Origin: the human T2T-CHM13v2.0 reference genome, Homo sapiens
DNA: 64,000 nt
NCBI RefSeq assembly: GCF_009914755.1
Contig: NC_060948.1
Strand: one strand, 5' to 3'
In this document: positions 1 to 13,576 of the stretch, one piece after another
How positions within the stretch are numbered: position 1 is the stretch's first letter
How the letters are laid out: the number at the start of each line of letters is the position of its first letter
Position numbers and translations under genes: made by a program
Notes under the pieces: generated by a model
The model's input: only the letters and a program-made list of their open reading frames with translations
Told to the model about the DNA's origin: nothing
Database searches by the model: none

Positions 1-2530
1 AACATTTAAGTGAAAATCCTCAACAAAACACTAGCAACAATTCAACAGAACATTGAAAGCATTATACACCATGACCAAATTATGTAGGGTTTACACCTAC
101 ATAAATACAAGGACATGCAAGAACATGAATAAATGCAAGGAATGCAAGGATAGTTCAACACCTGAAAATCAATCAATAAAATGCATTCTCACTAAGAGAA
201 TGAAGAGGGAACATAAACTATCAACTCCATTTATACAAAAAAGGCATTTGCAAAAATTAACTCCATTTTGTGATATAAAAAAATGCTCAGCAGACTTGAA
301 ATATAAGAAAACTACCTTAACAAATGTCACATATGAAAAATCTAGAGCTATCGTCATACTCAACAGCAAATGATGAAAAGCTTTTCCTCTAAGACCAACT
401 ACAAGATGAGGATACTTGCTCTAGACTCTTTTAGTCAACATGATACTACAAGTCTTAGCCAGAGCAAATAAGCAGAAATAGTAATAAAATAGAAAGCATC
501 CAAACTGGAAAAGAAGGAGTAAAAATATCTGTCTCTTCAGATCATATGATTCTATATATAGAAAACCTGAAAGATTCCACTGGTGGAAAACAAACAAATA
601 AAAAAACCTGTTAAAACTAATAAATTAATTCAGCAAAGTTACAGAACGCAGAGCAATCAAGTTGTGTTTTGTAAGCTTACAATAAAACATACAAAAACAG
701 CTGACAAAAATTCCATTCATAAGAAAATTTTACAAATAGTAACTTGGCATATTGAAACAAGAAATCATTGCTGAAAAAAATTTAATATACAAATAAAGAG
801 AAAGACATCCTGTGTTCATAAATTGGAAGACCTAGTATTGTTAAAATGTCAATACTATCCATATTGACATACAGTACAACACTATCTTTCAGAATGTTAA
901 CGGGTTTTTTTGCAGAAGCACAAAAACATATCCTAAAATAAATATGGAATCTTGGAAAACACTGAGTGGTAAAAACAAGCTTGAAAAAGAACCAAATTGG
1001 AGATCTCAAACTCCATGATACCAAAGCATATGACAAAGTTACAGAAACCAAAAAGTGTGGTGATGAACCAAAGAGAGAGAACAGAAACAAACCCTCAACT
1101 GTATGGTCAAAAGAATAAGAGTGACAAGACCACCCAGCATGGAAAGAAGAGGCCATTCAGCAAGTGGTGTTTAATAAACCTAGATACCCACATGCAAAAG
1201 AATAAACTTGACCCTTATACCATACACAAAAAGTAAATCAAGATTGATTAAAGACCTCATGTAAGTACTAAAGTCATGAAAGAAAGAAAAAAATCATAAA
1301 CAGAAAGGTTCATGACACTTAATTTGGCAGTGATTTCCTGGGTATGACCACAAAATCAAAAACAGAAAAACGGGATTGCATCAAACTAAAACGCCTCTGC
1401 ACAGTAAACAGTCAGCAGGTTAAAGGGATCCTAGTTTTTTGGTGTACAATTTTCACTGTTTTCTCTTACATTCCTTTTTACCTCTATGGCAAGGGTCCCC
1501 AATCCCTTGGCAATGGACCCTTTTACAAACCAAAAGGCTTTTAATTTGAATTAATACCCAATATATAAGGATTTCCAATCAATAGCAAAAAAATTGAAAA
1601 TGGGACTTTTAAAATGGAAAATAACTTAAATAACATTTCTCAAAAGAAGATATACAAGTGACCAATGGGTATAGGAACAATGTTCAACATCATTAATCAT
1701 CAGGAAAGGCAACATAATACCACCATGAGATACCATCTCACACCTGCTGCAATGGCTGTTACCAAAAAGACAAGAGATAAAATATATTGGCAAAGATGTA
1801 GAGAAAAGGAAATCCTTTTACACCACCAGTGAGAATACAAATTAGTACAGCTAGTATAGAAAACAGTATAAAGTTTCATCAAAACTTAAATATAGAACTG
1901 CCATATGATCCAGTAAATCTGCTTCACAGTATGTCTCCAAAGAAATTGAAATCAGTAGGTTGAAGAGACATCTCTTCTCTCATGTTCACTGCAGCATTAT
2001 TCATAATAACCAAGACATAGAATCAAACAAAGTGTCCATCAATGGATGACCAGTAAAGAAAATGTGGACTATATATACAACGAAATGTTATTGTGAAAAT
2101 TACACACATAAATATTATTTTGAAAATTTATATTGCCTTGATGTGCCTTGGTTTTACTGTGGCAAAATATATATAGTATAAAAGTTACCATTTTTAAGTG
2201 TAAGTTCTGTACAAAAAAATGAAATCCTATCATGTGCTACAACATCAAACTTTGAGGATATTTTGCTAAGGGAAACAAGCTAGTCATGAATACTGCATGA
2301 TTCCACATATATGAGATATCTAAAGCAGCAACACTCAGACACAAAAAGGAATTGTTTGTCAGGCACTTCAGGAAGAAATGTGTGGGGGTGTTCAGTAAGT
2401 ACAGTGTGTCTGATTTGGACGATGAATTTTGGAGATTGATTGCACAACATGAATGTAAGTAATTCTACTGAACTGTACACTTAAAGTGGTTAAGATAGGA
2501 AATATATGGGGTTTTCACCACAGCTTAAAA
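1..2530 (+). mobile_element. Old L1 (L1MB-like): decayed ORF2 RT/C-terminal region and 3' UTR
   Basis: L1 ORF2 motifs (aaaatcctcaacaaaacactagcaa, ccatgagataccatctcacacc, tgttcactgcagcattattcataat) and an L1MB-type terminus (tactgaactgtacacttaaagtggttaag); many frameshifts; interrupted at ~1420-1545 and ~2090-2210. Confidence 0.9.
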
Positions 2531-2559
2531 CCCCCCAAAAAATTGTTAAAAGGACACTG

Positions 2560-3500
2560 GCAGGAAAATTAAAAAGCAATTGACAGAATGGGAGAAAATA
2601 TTAGCAAATTATATATCTGATGAAGGATTAAAATTCTGAACACATAAAGTATAATAACAGCTCAACACCACCACCAAAACAACCCAGCTAAAAAAATGGG
2701 TAAAGGATATAAACAATAAACAGTCATCCAACAAGGGTACAGAAACGATCAATAAGCACATAAAAAGGTGCTCAGCATCGCGAATCTTTGGAAAAATGTA
2801 AATCAAAACCACAATGAGATACCATTAAGCTGGCTATTAGGGTTTACCCCATCAGGATGGCTACTACCAAAAACAAAACAATAAAATGAAACAAAATAAC
2901 AAGTATGGGGAGGATGTGGAAAAACTGGGGCCCTTTTAAATTGCTGGTAGCAAGGTAAAATCATGCAGTCAGTTTGCAAAACCATACTGTGCTTCTTCCA
3001 AAAATTCAACATATAATTACAATTCTGGTCCAGCAATTCCACTTTTTGGTATAATACAGAAGAATTGAAAGCAGAAACTTAAACAGTGTTTTTAAGTGAA
3101 AAAAAGTCCACTGATGGATAAATGGATAAACAAAATGTTGTATGTGTGTATATGCATATATATGTATATGTATATACACACACATATATGGCATGAATGA
3201 ACCTTTAAGATATTATGCAAGTGAATGAAACCATTTGCAAAACAACAAATACTGTATTTAACTTACATAGGTTACCTAGAATAGTGAAATTTGTAGACAC
3301 AAATTAGAATGGTGGTTGACATACATGAGTGGGGAAAGAGCATTTAATGGATGTAAAGTTTCACTTAGGAAAAATAAAGAAATTCTGAGGATGCAGAGCA
3401 GTGATGATTGCACAACAATTTAGATGTGCCTAATGCCACAGAATGTATACTTAAAATGGTAAATATTATATTATATTGTATATATAACAATAATAAATCT
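2560..3500 (+). mobile_element. Second old L1 (L1MB-like) 3' fragment
   Basis: acagaatgggagaaaatattagcaaattatatatctgat through tgccacagaatgtatacttaaaatggtaa, typical of the L1M 3' end. Confidence 0.85.
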
Positions 3501-3514
3501 AAAGCACATAAAAG

Positions 3515-3570
3515 AAATAAAATAAAATAAAATAAAATAAAATAAAATAAAATAAAATAAAATAAAAAAA
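3515..3570. repeat. (AAAAT)n pentanucleotide microsatellite
   Basis: About 10 tandem AAATA units directly visible, probably derived from an L1 tail. Confidence 0.95.
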
Positions 3571-5124
3571 CAGAAAATACTCGACTATTGGTAAGAACGT
3601 TGCAGCCCCAATGGAAAAGAGCCAGAAAGTTACTCAAAGAAATAAAGAAATAGGAAGTTGGACTGAGGACACGATTAACACCAGGGTGTTTTCCGCTGTC
3701 TCTGTCTTCTCTGTATAGACTGAATGTTGAGATTTATTAAAGTCCATAAATTACACTTCTCAGGTAGCACAGACAAAATGGAAGGCATCTCAGAAACCAC
3801 CCCATATAACACAAATCAATGTCTCTCGGTTCTTCATGCAAGCACCAAAGAGTCCATTCCTAGAAAAGGAGAGGCTAAGAACAAAAATCATTTTCATGTA
3901 AATCATTTTGCATAAAATTAATCTGTATCAGGTAGGAGACTCCAATAATGCCCTCAAGGTTGCCAGCAGGTTCGTGTAAGAAGCACTGCAGAGGGAAATA
4001 CTACCCACTGTTGCTATCTGCTGCCATCACCCTCCTGCCTGTCTACACACACACATGCTCACAAGTTCAGCAGTTACAATAAAATGAGTCTTAGCGAAGG
4101 AAAGAAGAGGAGAGAACTGGAAATCTAGAGTAGAAAATACAGTGGCCAAGTACTTGACTCTTGTCAGCAGCAATATAGAGAGAAGGAGAAATGTCCCTTC
4201 CTCTTGGTAGACCAAAGTTCCGTAACACTTACCACACACCAATTGGCCTTGGCAATCCAACTTATTTTTCCCATGCCTGTACCTTCTGTCCCTACTGGAA
4301 TCTTGATGAAAAGAAACTACATGGTCAATGGTGCAATTCCACATGCCACAGGGAGACTCCAGTATACCCAAAGCCTCATTGATAATACTGCTGAGCTTAC
4401 TAGGAAATGGACACTGAAGATACCATCCCTCCACCTTAACCCACCCCCATCTCAGCCTCCACAGTCATTCAGGAAACCTTCCAAACTGACTGAAGTTTTG
4501 CTTCCCATGGTTGGCCCTTCCTCCCCTACAAAGATACAAGTGAGGTGTAAGCAACCACTGGGGATAAAGCAAAGGAGGGCAGTGCAGACCCTGGGAAGTA
4601 CTGGAGAAAAGGAACTAGCCTGCAAATCAGCAAGGAGCGTATAGGGAAAACCCAGGCTTCCCCACAGAACCCCTCATGCAAAAGTGTCTCGGACCAGGTG
4701 CCTCTCCCAGATCAACTATTGCTGTGAGGGACTCCCTTTTCCATTAATCTCTCAAGCTACTACATCTGCTTTTGTGTTCCTCTCATTTCTTTCACATTGT
4801 GCCACATGCTGAACCATCAGGGAATCATTTGCCTATGTGACAGCAGAAGCATTTGAATGCTGGGGTCCCTCAATAGAAGAGGTCCCAAAAAAAGAAATCT
4901 GTATCTTTCATTACAGTATCTTAGCATTACTTCTTCTCCCCCAAGCACATTCTTGATCTGGTCCCTACAGAGCTGGTTCCCACTCAAAGTGATGGGTGAG
5001 AGGGGTTTGCATAGGGAGGGATAGATCTAGAATAGGCAGATCTACAATAACTATTTATTTAAACCCTGAGTGCCTGTCAAAGCACTTGCCTCCACTAGAG
5101 TATCACAGGAAAAAAATGCACTCG

Positions 5125-5414
5125 AGCTAGGTATTTTAACTCATGCCTATAATCCCAACACCGTAGGAGGCCAAGACAGGAGGATCACTCTAGCCCAGGA
5201 GTTTGAGACCAGCCTGAGCAACAAAGCAAGACCTATATCTACAAAAAATTAAAATAAAACACTTAGCCTCGTGTGGTGGTATGCACCTGTAGTCCCAGCT
5301 CTTCTAGGGGCTGAGGTGGGAGGATCATTTGTCCAAGTGTTAGAGGCTGTAGTGAGCTATGAGCATACTAATGGACTCCAGCGTGGGTGACAATAATAAC
5401 AATAATAATAATAA
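5125..5414 (+). mobile_element. AluJ with (AAT)n tail
   Basis: Dimeric Alu with J-type features (aggatcactctagcccaggag, ggctgtagtgagctatga). Confidence 0.9.
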
Positions 5415-8117
5415 GGTACTTATTATTGTTGGATAGAGTAAGCTCCTCTATCCAACAAAATGGAACAAATTATACCATAAAGCTAATAGCAGCATTTATG
5501 AGTATACAAAGGGAATATAAAGAAACTTCACTCAGGAGTTCTGAGATTCCTTGCTCTTAATCCAAAGTCTGAGAGTCCACAGAAAGCAGGATAAGGGCCA
5601 GAGCACAAAGTAGGAATCCATTTTCTTTGCAAGGAACAATGGGAACCCCATGGGTGCTGCTTAATGTTAGAAGTCTAAAAACACAAAAGAAAGACTTAGA
5701 AAAACTTCAGTGTACCAACCACCCACAATTACTTTTCTGGTTGGTCAGAGTTCAGTCACTCCTCCTTGCTCCATAGAACTACACACACTGCAACACATGG
5801 AATTGCCTCCAAAGAGCATCAAGCAGATGTAAGGATGCTGGTGCAAATGAGGCCTACCTTGGAGCACAATAGCAAGTGACTAATACATTGCATACCATTA
5901 AAAATATTTTTTTCTATAATTTGCATTTAGTTCAGAAAAATGCCAACCAAAGTCCCTCCTCAAAAGCACAAATCAAATCTTGATAGTACAAGCCCAGCTG
6001 TAAACAGGAAAAGGCCTCTAACGTTTTCACACTACAGGCTTGTTTATCTTTAAGCCTTTCCTCCAGATGAAACTGAAGCAGGTGAAATGGAAGCAACATT
6101 TCTCCAGAAAATGGCACAAGTCATAAAAAGAGACCAATTTATAGAACTGGCAATGAGTTCAGGTATCACTCCAGAAGCATTTCTGTGCTCCCCATTAGGT
6201 ATCCTAAATATATGAAAAAGCCCATGTTAAAACTTAGGAAGACGGGAGGGAGGGGGAATGGAAGTGGACACAAAGAAATGCAAGCATCCTGCAGGTATTC
6301 ACCAGAGATTCAAAGTCATGTAGAAGGGCAGGATACAGATTAAGTCAGCCCTGAATGATTCACTGAACCCCAGGTTCTATGGTTATAAAGCTATCAACTC
6401 CAGAGTTCCTAAGGAGTAAATTTTTACACTAAGCTTGCCCCAACCCAGCCAAAAGGCAGACCTACATTCCTGATCATCTTGATTGCCTGCTTTGGTGACT
6501 TGGGCATTTTAAGGATTCATTGAATAGTCACCACTGCCAATTGATCTCCTTCCCAACATGATGCCTCCATGAAGTGCCTGGAGAGGTGCCAGGAACTTGG
6601 AAATGGCCTATGACTATGAACATCTAGTTTAATAAGTCACAGAGTGGATGGTACAGTAGGCAGACCTGAAGACTACACTTTTGCATCCTACAATTGAAGG
6701 CAAAAATATTTCTGAAAAGGGGAAGGCTTATAAGGGAAATAGATTGTCAAAAGCCAGCTGGCATTCTTTCTTCCCAAATATACCCTGTTTGAGTCCTGGA
6801 ACCTACAATGTTGCATTTCCAACCTGGTAAACAGTGGCAAGTGTAGGGAACACAGCACACTCCTGTTGCTAACTTGTCATCTGAAATAACAAGGCCATTT
6901 CAGAAGGAAACAGTGACTTTCAGAGTATTCTGCAATTTCCAGGATTATTATTACATAACTGATGTATTTTTAAATAATTATTTAATTTAATTAATAATTC
7001 TTACAGCAAGCTTACTACTTACAACTGAAAGTTATTTTCTCAAATCTTAAAAATTCTGTCACAAGCAGCTGAGAAACCAGGTGTACACATCCTAGCCAAA
7101 CTCCTCCAGACACAAACACGCATGACCCTGTAAGCCTTCTCCCATCACCTCCGCCTAACAAGTTCCCTAAACCACAACATACAAACCATCCTGCACCTCA
7201 TCCCAATCCTGGGATGTCAGAAAGATTTGTTTAGTTAAGTAAGGAAGTTCGGTTGAGCTTTCTCAGTAGAAGACACTCTGGCCAGAAACTAGCAGCCACC
7301 TCTGCACTTCCTCTGTGGGTTTACATCCTGTGGGCTTTATAAGTGCTGAGGAAAGACGACTAGAGACACTGTGCTAATCCTTGCCAATAGCGTTTACACT
7401 ATTTACAAATTTGTGATTGATGTAAATGGCCTTGACATTCCCCTTACCAAAGTCAAACCAGACTAGAGATACAGCTACAGATCAAACCTTAATGGCAGTT
7501 CAAAACAAGTCCCATACGGGTCAGCTTCACCAGAGACATCATAAGCAAAAGAATGCTGCCATTTCTTATAGATTTCTGTGCAGTTTATCAGCCCTCTCCC
7601 AGAATTTTCTCCTTGGGTTAAAAAGAAAGCATGATTCCTATAGCCCATTTCCTCAACTAGAAATCAAGTTTGTTCAAACCTCTAGGACTGATTGCTACAC
7701 TCGGCAAAAGCAGGAGCTGATCTACCCTGGACACGTTGAGGTTTTGGCAGTAAGTCTGTACATGTCACAAAGTCCTGATCTGTCCTATAGCCCACACCAT
7801 AGTGGTCTCTTTGTTTTGTAAATTGCCCACCTCAATGTCTCCTTTATGATATTTGATTAACTTCATTCCCATAGCATCATTATTAGAGCAAATTACAAGA
7901 CTAGTGAGTCCTTAAATATGCTTTAACTAAATACTTACATGAGGCTCATTATATGGTTTACCGAAGGCATTACCTTGTATCATAAACTTTCACTAGAAAT
8001 ACAACTGCCCAAGAAACAAATCTTTGGTCTCTGTCTAATGAATATCTTTTACATATAATTGACATTGTTCTTAACAATTAAATTTACCAGGCCAGTTTAC
8101 CTCCCATCTTAGCACCT

Positions 8118-8493
<376 letters not shown>

Positions 8494-9046
8494 TAAACAG
8501 TATTTACCCAACTACAATTATTTTCAAAGTATACAGCCTGGGCCTTGCCTATATCAAAATATACTTCAGCTTTAGCTGAGTGCCCTCAGAGAAGGGGTGA
8601 AGGTGGGGAGTACAAGCACAGGAAATTATTTTCAAGTCTTTTTGTTTTCTTCAACAACAGAGGCAGTGGTGGAGCTGGGCAAGTCAAAATGTATGTTCCA
8701 GCTTTGGGTCTGATTAAAACTTGGTTGTCTAGAAACCTTGTTAAATGCCTTGTTAAATGCTTTGAAACTCCCATTTAGCAGTTCTGTACAAATGCAAACT
8801 TGAATAGCTCTAGGCCTACTTCTTCTAAAAAAAAAAAAAATGAAATGTAGTGTACAAATAATGTAAATCCTAGACAAGTGTCATGTTATCACATGACAAG
8901 TGCCAAGGCATTTCCTGTCAAAAACCCATGAATCTATATCCTCTAACCTTTGTAATTTTTTCTTCTATTGACAGCATTTTATACAGCATTTAATAAGCAC
9001 ACCCTGACTGTGTTTCACTGTGACTCTGAGCAAAATAAATGGTAGA

Positions 9047-9137
9047 CTGCATTCTGGCCTGGGCGACAGAGCGAGACTCCATCTCAAAATAAACAAATAA
9101 ATAAATAAACAAACAAACAAACAAATAAATAAATAAA
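9047..9137 (+). mobile_element. Severely 5'-truncated Alu (~40 bp) with (TAAA/CAAA)n tail
   Basis: ctgcattctggcctgggcgacagagcgagactccatctc plus tail; TSD aaataaa(t/g)ggtaga at 9033-9046 and 9131-9144. Confidence 0.9.
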
Positions 9138-9540
9138 GGGTAGAAAACCAGTAAGGGTGGGAAAAACAGTCCACAGAAGAGTGTCATGCTGGAGAAATGT
9201 CTTCAAGTGGGTAAGGAAAAATAGCATTTAGGAGTACTTCTACTGACCAAAAAGAAAACAAAAGTATTTTTTTGGAGGAAAGAAGCCACTCTCACTTGTC
9301 TGGTGGCTCAAAGCTGCGCAGATGTAACGTGTCTGGTTACAGCTTCCATTCCCAAGATAAACCAGTTTTTTTCATGATACTCTGCCCTCAGTTATCAGGT
9401 AATTTTCAAAAGATACAGATCTGATTTTCTACTCATGCTAGAAACTTTTTAAAAAATACAAAACATAAAACAGTGATCCCTGGCCGACTTTGCAGAACAC
9501 CACACTGAGCCCTCATAACATCCAGATTTAATCCTTATCA

Positions 9541-9987
<447 letters not shown>

Positions 9988-11079
9988 CTAAGGGTTAAGA
10001 GCTTTAGAACCAATGTCTAAACCATAAAATGATCCTATTTAGTGGGGAAAAAAAAGATTCAGTCCTTTCAATATGTACTCATTTAAATTACAAAGAACTG
10101 ACATAAAGGGAAAGAGGCAAACCCAGAGAAATAACCTCAGTGGAGAGTATTAACTGGTCAGTCCCAGGACACTGGCATATCACTGTCAGAGGGAATAGTA
10201 GCAGCAAGAAATGAAGGCGCAATCCACAGAATATGACTGGTTAGCTAAGGCACGATTTATCCTTAGGACAATAATGTCCCTAGTGTTCTTTGGTCCTAAA
10301 GATGGATGACTGTTCAATCTTAACAAATGAAAAACTTACTGAGGCTGGAGGGCCCTAAATAACTTATCCGTAAGGACAAAACTCAAGCTCAAACGTAGAA
10401 GTGCACAGAGAAGGCAATTGCTGGTCTAATTTTTCCACTTGAAATCATTATTTTCTCACGCCGTATCCTTGAGGAAATTTGGAAGACTTCCCTAATACTC
10501 CTCCCTAAATAACAGTAAAAAGATACCATTTCAGTCCTAGAAACTAAATTCACAAGAAGCCTTGAACCCAGTTTCTCTTACCTGCAGTAATCTTTTAGCA
10601 CGTTTTAAAATTTCATACTTTTTTCCTATATCCCACTCTCTACTATGAAATTGACCTCCCTGGTGTGAGGTCATTAGTTCCCAGAAGACCCCACTTTCCC
10701 TTCCTCCAGGAGCCCAGAATAGGAAGAGAGAGAAAAAAAAAAGGTAGGTTGGCTACTCTCAGGTCTCCAACTCATTGTTAGAAACTAGGCTTTGACGCTC
10801 TAGTTTTGCCACGTAGTGAACAAATCTATCTGCCTTGGGCTAATGTCTTCAAAAAGTACTTTTACACTAGTCACAGGGCTGAAGCAAAACTACCAGAGAG
10901 GGGGAAGGGAAGCAGGTGAATGAAGAGACTAATGGGAGTGGCTTGCAAGCCAGGTACTGTGCCCTACAACTCTCGCGCTGCCACAAAAAGCCAATTAACG
11001 AAGCAAACTGTTTTATCTTTTCCTCTCCCCAGAAGTTCGCCCTAGAAATCAAAAACCACTGAAGCTTAGGAGTGGCAAA

Positions 11080-11790
11080 CATCGGTTCCCGTTCCGATGT
11101 TTGTTCCCACACTATTCCCAGTTTCTAGTTCTCATGGACGCTCCAATGCCCAGGGTTACCGCCAGCTCGGCTCCGTGAGGCCGCGCAGGGGGCACCAGAT
11201 CCTCGGCCACCTCTATTGGTTTTCCAGCCTTGGACCGCTTGCTTCTCCTAACCCCAAAACTCCAGATGTGCGAAATGGCTCCGCTGTGCGACCCAGCAGT
11301 TAGCGGCAGGAGGGACAGAGGGATGATGTCAACTCGTTTTGCCAGCCGAGCACGCCGTCGTGGCCCGGCAGCCCTGGTCTGCGGGCCAGCCCTCCGCAAG
11401 TGACTTTTAAAGACTTTCTAGCCTCGATAATCTGACATAGTTCCGACCTCACCCCGCACCGAGATCTGGGTGGGGTGGGCCTTCCCTCTCAACCCCTCTC
11501 ATAGCATCCCAACACCTCAGGAGAGGGGACGTTCCGCCCAGGCACTGCGAGACAGAACTCAAGTTGCTGACTTCCCCTAACACACCCAGTCTTACTTGGT
11601 CCTCGTAGAGTAGGAGGATTCCCAAAGCGATCTTCTACCAACCGAGCCCGGGAGCTCGGTGTCAGAATTGCCTACAAATCCGACCGTCCAGTCCTACCCG
11701 CGGCGCGCATGCAAAGTGCACCGCAAGTTCGCGCTCTCTCGGAAGTGTCTATAGCTTCCGGAAGGGGGAAGGAGAGGGAGCAAGGCAGAA
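11080..11790 (-). promoter_or_regulatory. CpG-island promoter
   Basis: High CpG density; NRF1-like GCGCGCATGC (11703-11712); ETS/GABP CGGAAGTG (11740-11747); palindromic CTTCCGGAAG (11755-11764); YY1-like AAATGGC near 11273; first minus-strand donor at 11596. Confidence 0.8.
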
Positions 11791-12101
11791 GGAGGCTGCC
11801 TAAAAAAAATAAAAAGTAAAAAGTAAAAAACTCTTGCGATAAAAGTCTATTGTATTCCTGTCATGATAGCTAGAGCTCTGAAGAACAGAAATTGGTGTTG
11901 GAGGAAGGTGCCAGAAATGGTACGGAGCGACCCCTACTGGCCCTATAAATCTACCCCTGTGGCAGTTACTATTAGCATTAAAAGACCCTCCTTTCTTCAA
12001 AGCAATAGTGCCTTTTCATAACCTTCCCCCACCTAAAATGGTACTCCTCCCCACATTCTGAAATCACAAGGACAAACAACACCTCGAAGTTGTGACCCCG
12101 G

Positions 12102-12385
12102 GGCCGGACGCGGTGGATCACACCTGTAATCCCAACACTTTGGGAAGCCGAGGCTCGTGGATTACGAGGTCAAGAGATCCAGACCATCCTGGCCAACACG
12201 GTGAAACCCCGTCTCTACTAAAAATAGAAAAATTGGTTGGGTGTGGTGGTGCGAGCCTGTAGCCCCAGCTACTCAGGATACAGGCAGGAAAATTGCTTGC
12301 ACCCGGGAGGCGGAGGTTGTAGTATGCCAAGATGGCACCACTGCACTCCAGCCTGGCAACAGAGCGAGACTCTGTCTCAAAATAA

Positions 12386-12432
<47 letters not shown>

Positions 12433-12437
12433 AATAA
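12102..12437 (+). mobile_element. AluSc-like with (TAAA)n tail
   Basis: ggtcaagagatccagaccatcctgg and cctggcaacagag (Sc-type deletion); tetranucleotide tail at 12380-12437. Confidence 0.93.
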
Positions 12438-13277
12438 AGTGGAGGCCTCTGAATCTCTTGGTGATCTCACATGCCCTGCTCCTGGCACCCCAATCTGGAG
12501 CCCTGATCTGAAACTCTTTACCTAGCAGTTCCTCTAGTTGCACATAAACAATGAAAATATAGTTTAGCTTCAGGTTTTCAACATTAGCAAAACTCTGTAT
12601 CCATGCAAATCAATATGACAAGTACGACCTAAAAGCTCTATCTGCCCTGTGTCGATGTACATTAATCATTCCCCCCCATCATCTTTGAGATCACTAGTTA
12701 TGTTTTCTGCTAGGTTAAAGATCTTCGGACAGACTTGCCGCCGAATCTAATCGCCAGGAGTGAGCAGGCGATGCTGGTTGGGGTGACAGGGTGCTAAAAA
12801 ATAACCAAGGGAGAACAGCTCGATTATTAAAACCCACAACGACTCTCACTCGACAAAAATTCATACAATCCCTTGGCAGAATGTACTGGGGACAACTGCC
12901 AAAAGCAGTCTAGATAGCTGTAGACCAGGGCAATTTGTCCACCTCAGGGACTGACAAAAGAGGCCAGTCACTCTGACCAGAACGTCTTCTCATGGCTCAG
13001 CTACCTGTGCCTCAGCAAAGAACAGACTTTCCAGAGGGAATCGGGAATTCTGGCCAAAAACACTGAAGAAAAAAGTCAGTATGAGTGGTAGCCAAACTTG
13101 GCCTCCTGCCATTCTGACTAGATCCCTAGCAGGGCTGAGACATAACAGCAGGCACAAGAAGCCCTGATGCAGGAGGGTCCCCTCTTGCAGAGAAAAGAGC
13201 TCACCTGCCCCATGTGTGGTCCTCAACGCACTCATGCACACATGAGAATTGCACTGAGGCCTAATAAAGGACCTTTT

Positions 13278-13576
13278 GGGCAGGCACGGTGGCTTAAGCC
13301 TATAATCCCAGCACTTTGGGAGGCTGAAGTGGGGGGAATCACCTGAGGTGAGGAGTTCAAGACTAGCCTAGCCAACATGGCAAAACCCCCTCTCTACTAA
13401 AAATACAAGTATCAGCTGGGCATCATGGCAGGTGCCTGCAATCCCAGCTACTTCGGAGGCTGAGGCAGGAGAATCGCTTGAACACAGGTTGTGGAGGATG
13501 CAGTGAGCCAAGATTGGGCCACTGCACTCCAGCCTGGGCAACAGAGTGAGACTCCATTGCAAACAACAACAACAAA
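13278..13576 (+). mobile_element. AluSx-like with (AAC)n tail
   Basis: Full dimeric Alu. Confidence 0.93.

Noticed and set aside
1486-1520. MER1-like terminal motif caagggtccccaatccc
   Set aside because: Only ~30 bp with no matching other end; too short to call.
4027-4644. 135-146 aa ORFs on both strands in unique sequence, and a faint KRAB-B-like stretch (~4500-4560, minus strand)
   Set aside because: No recognisable domain; the KRAB resemblance needs several indels, and no KRAB-A or zinc-finger exon is visible.
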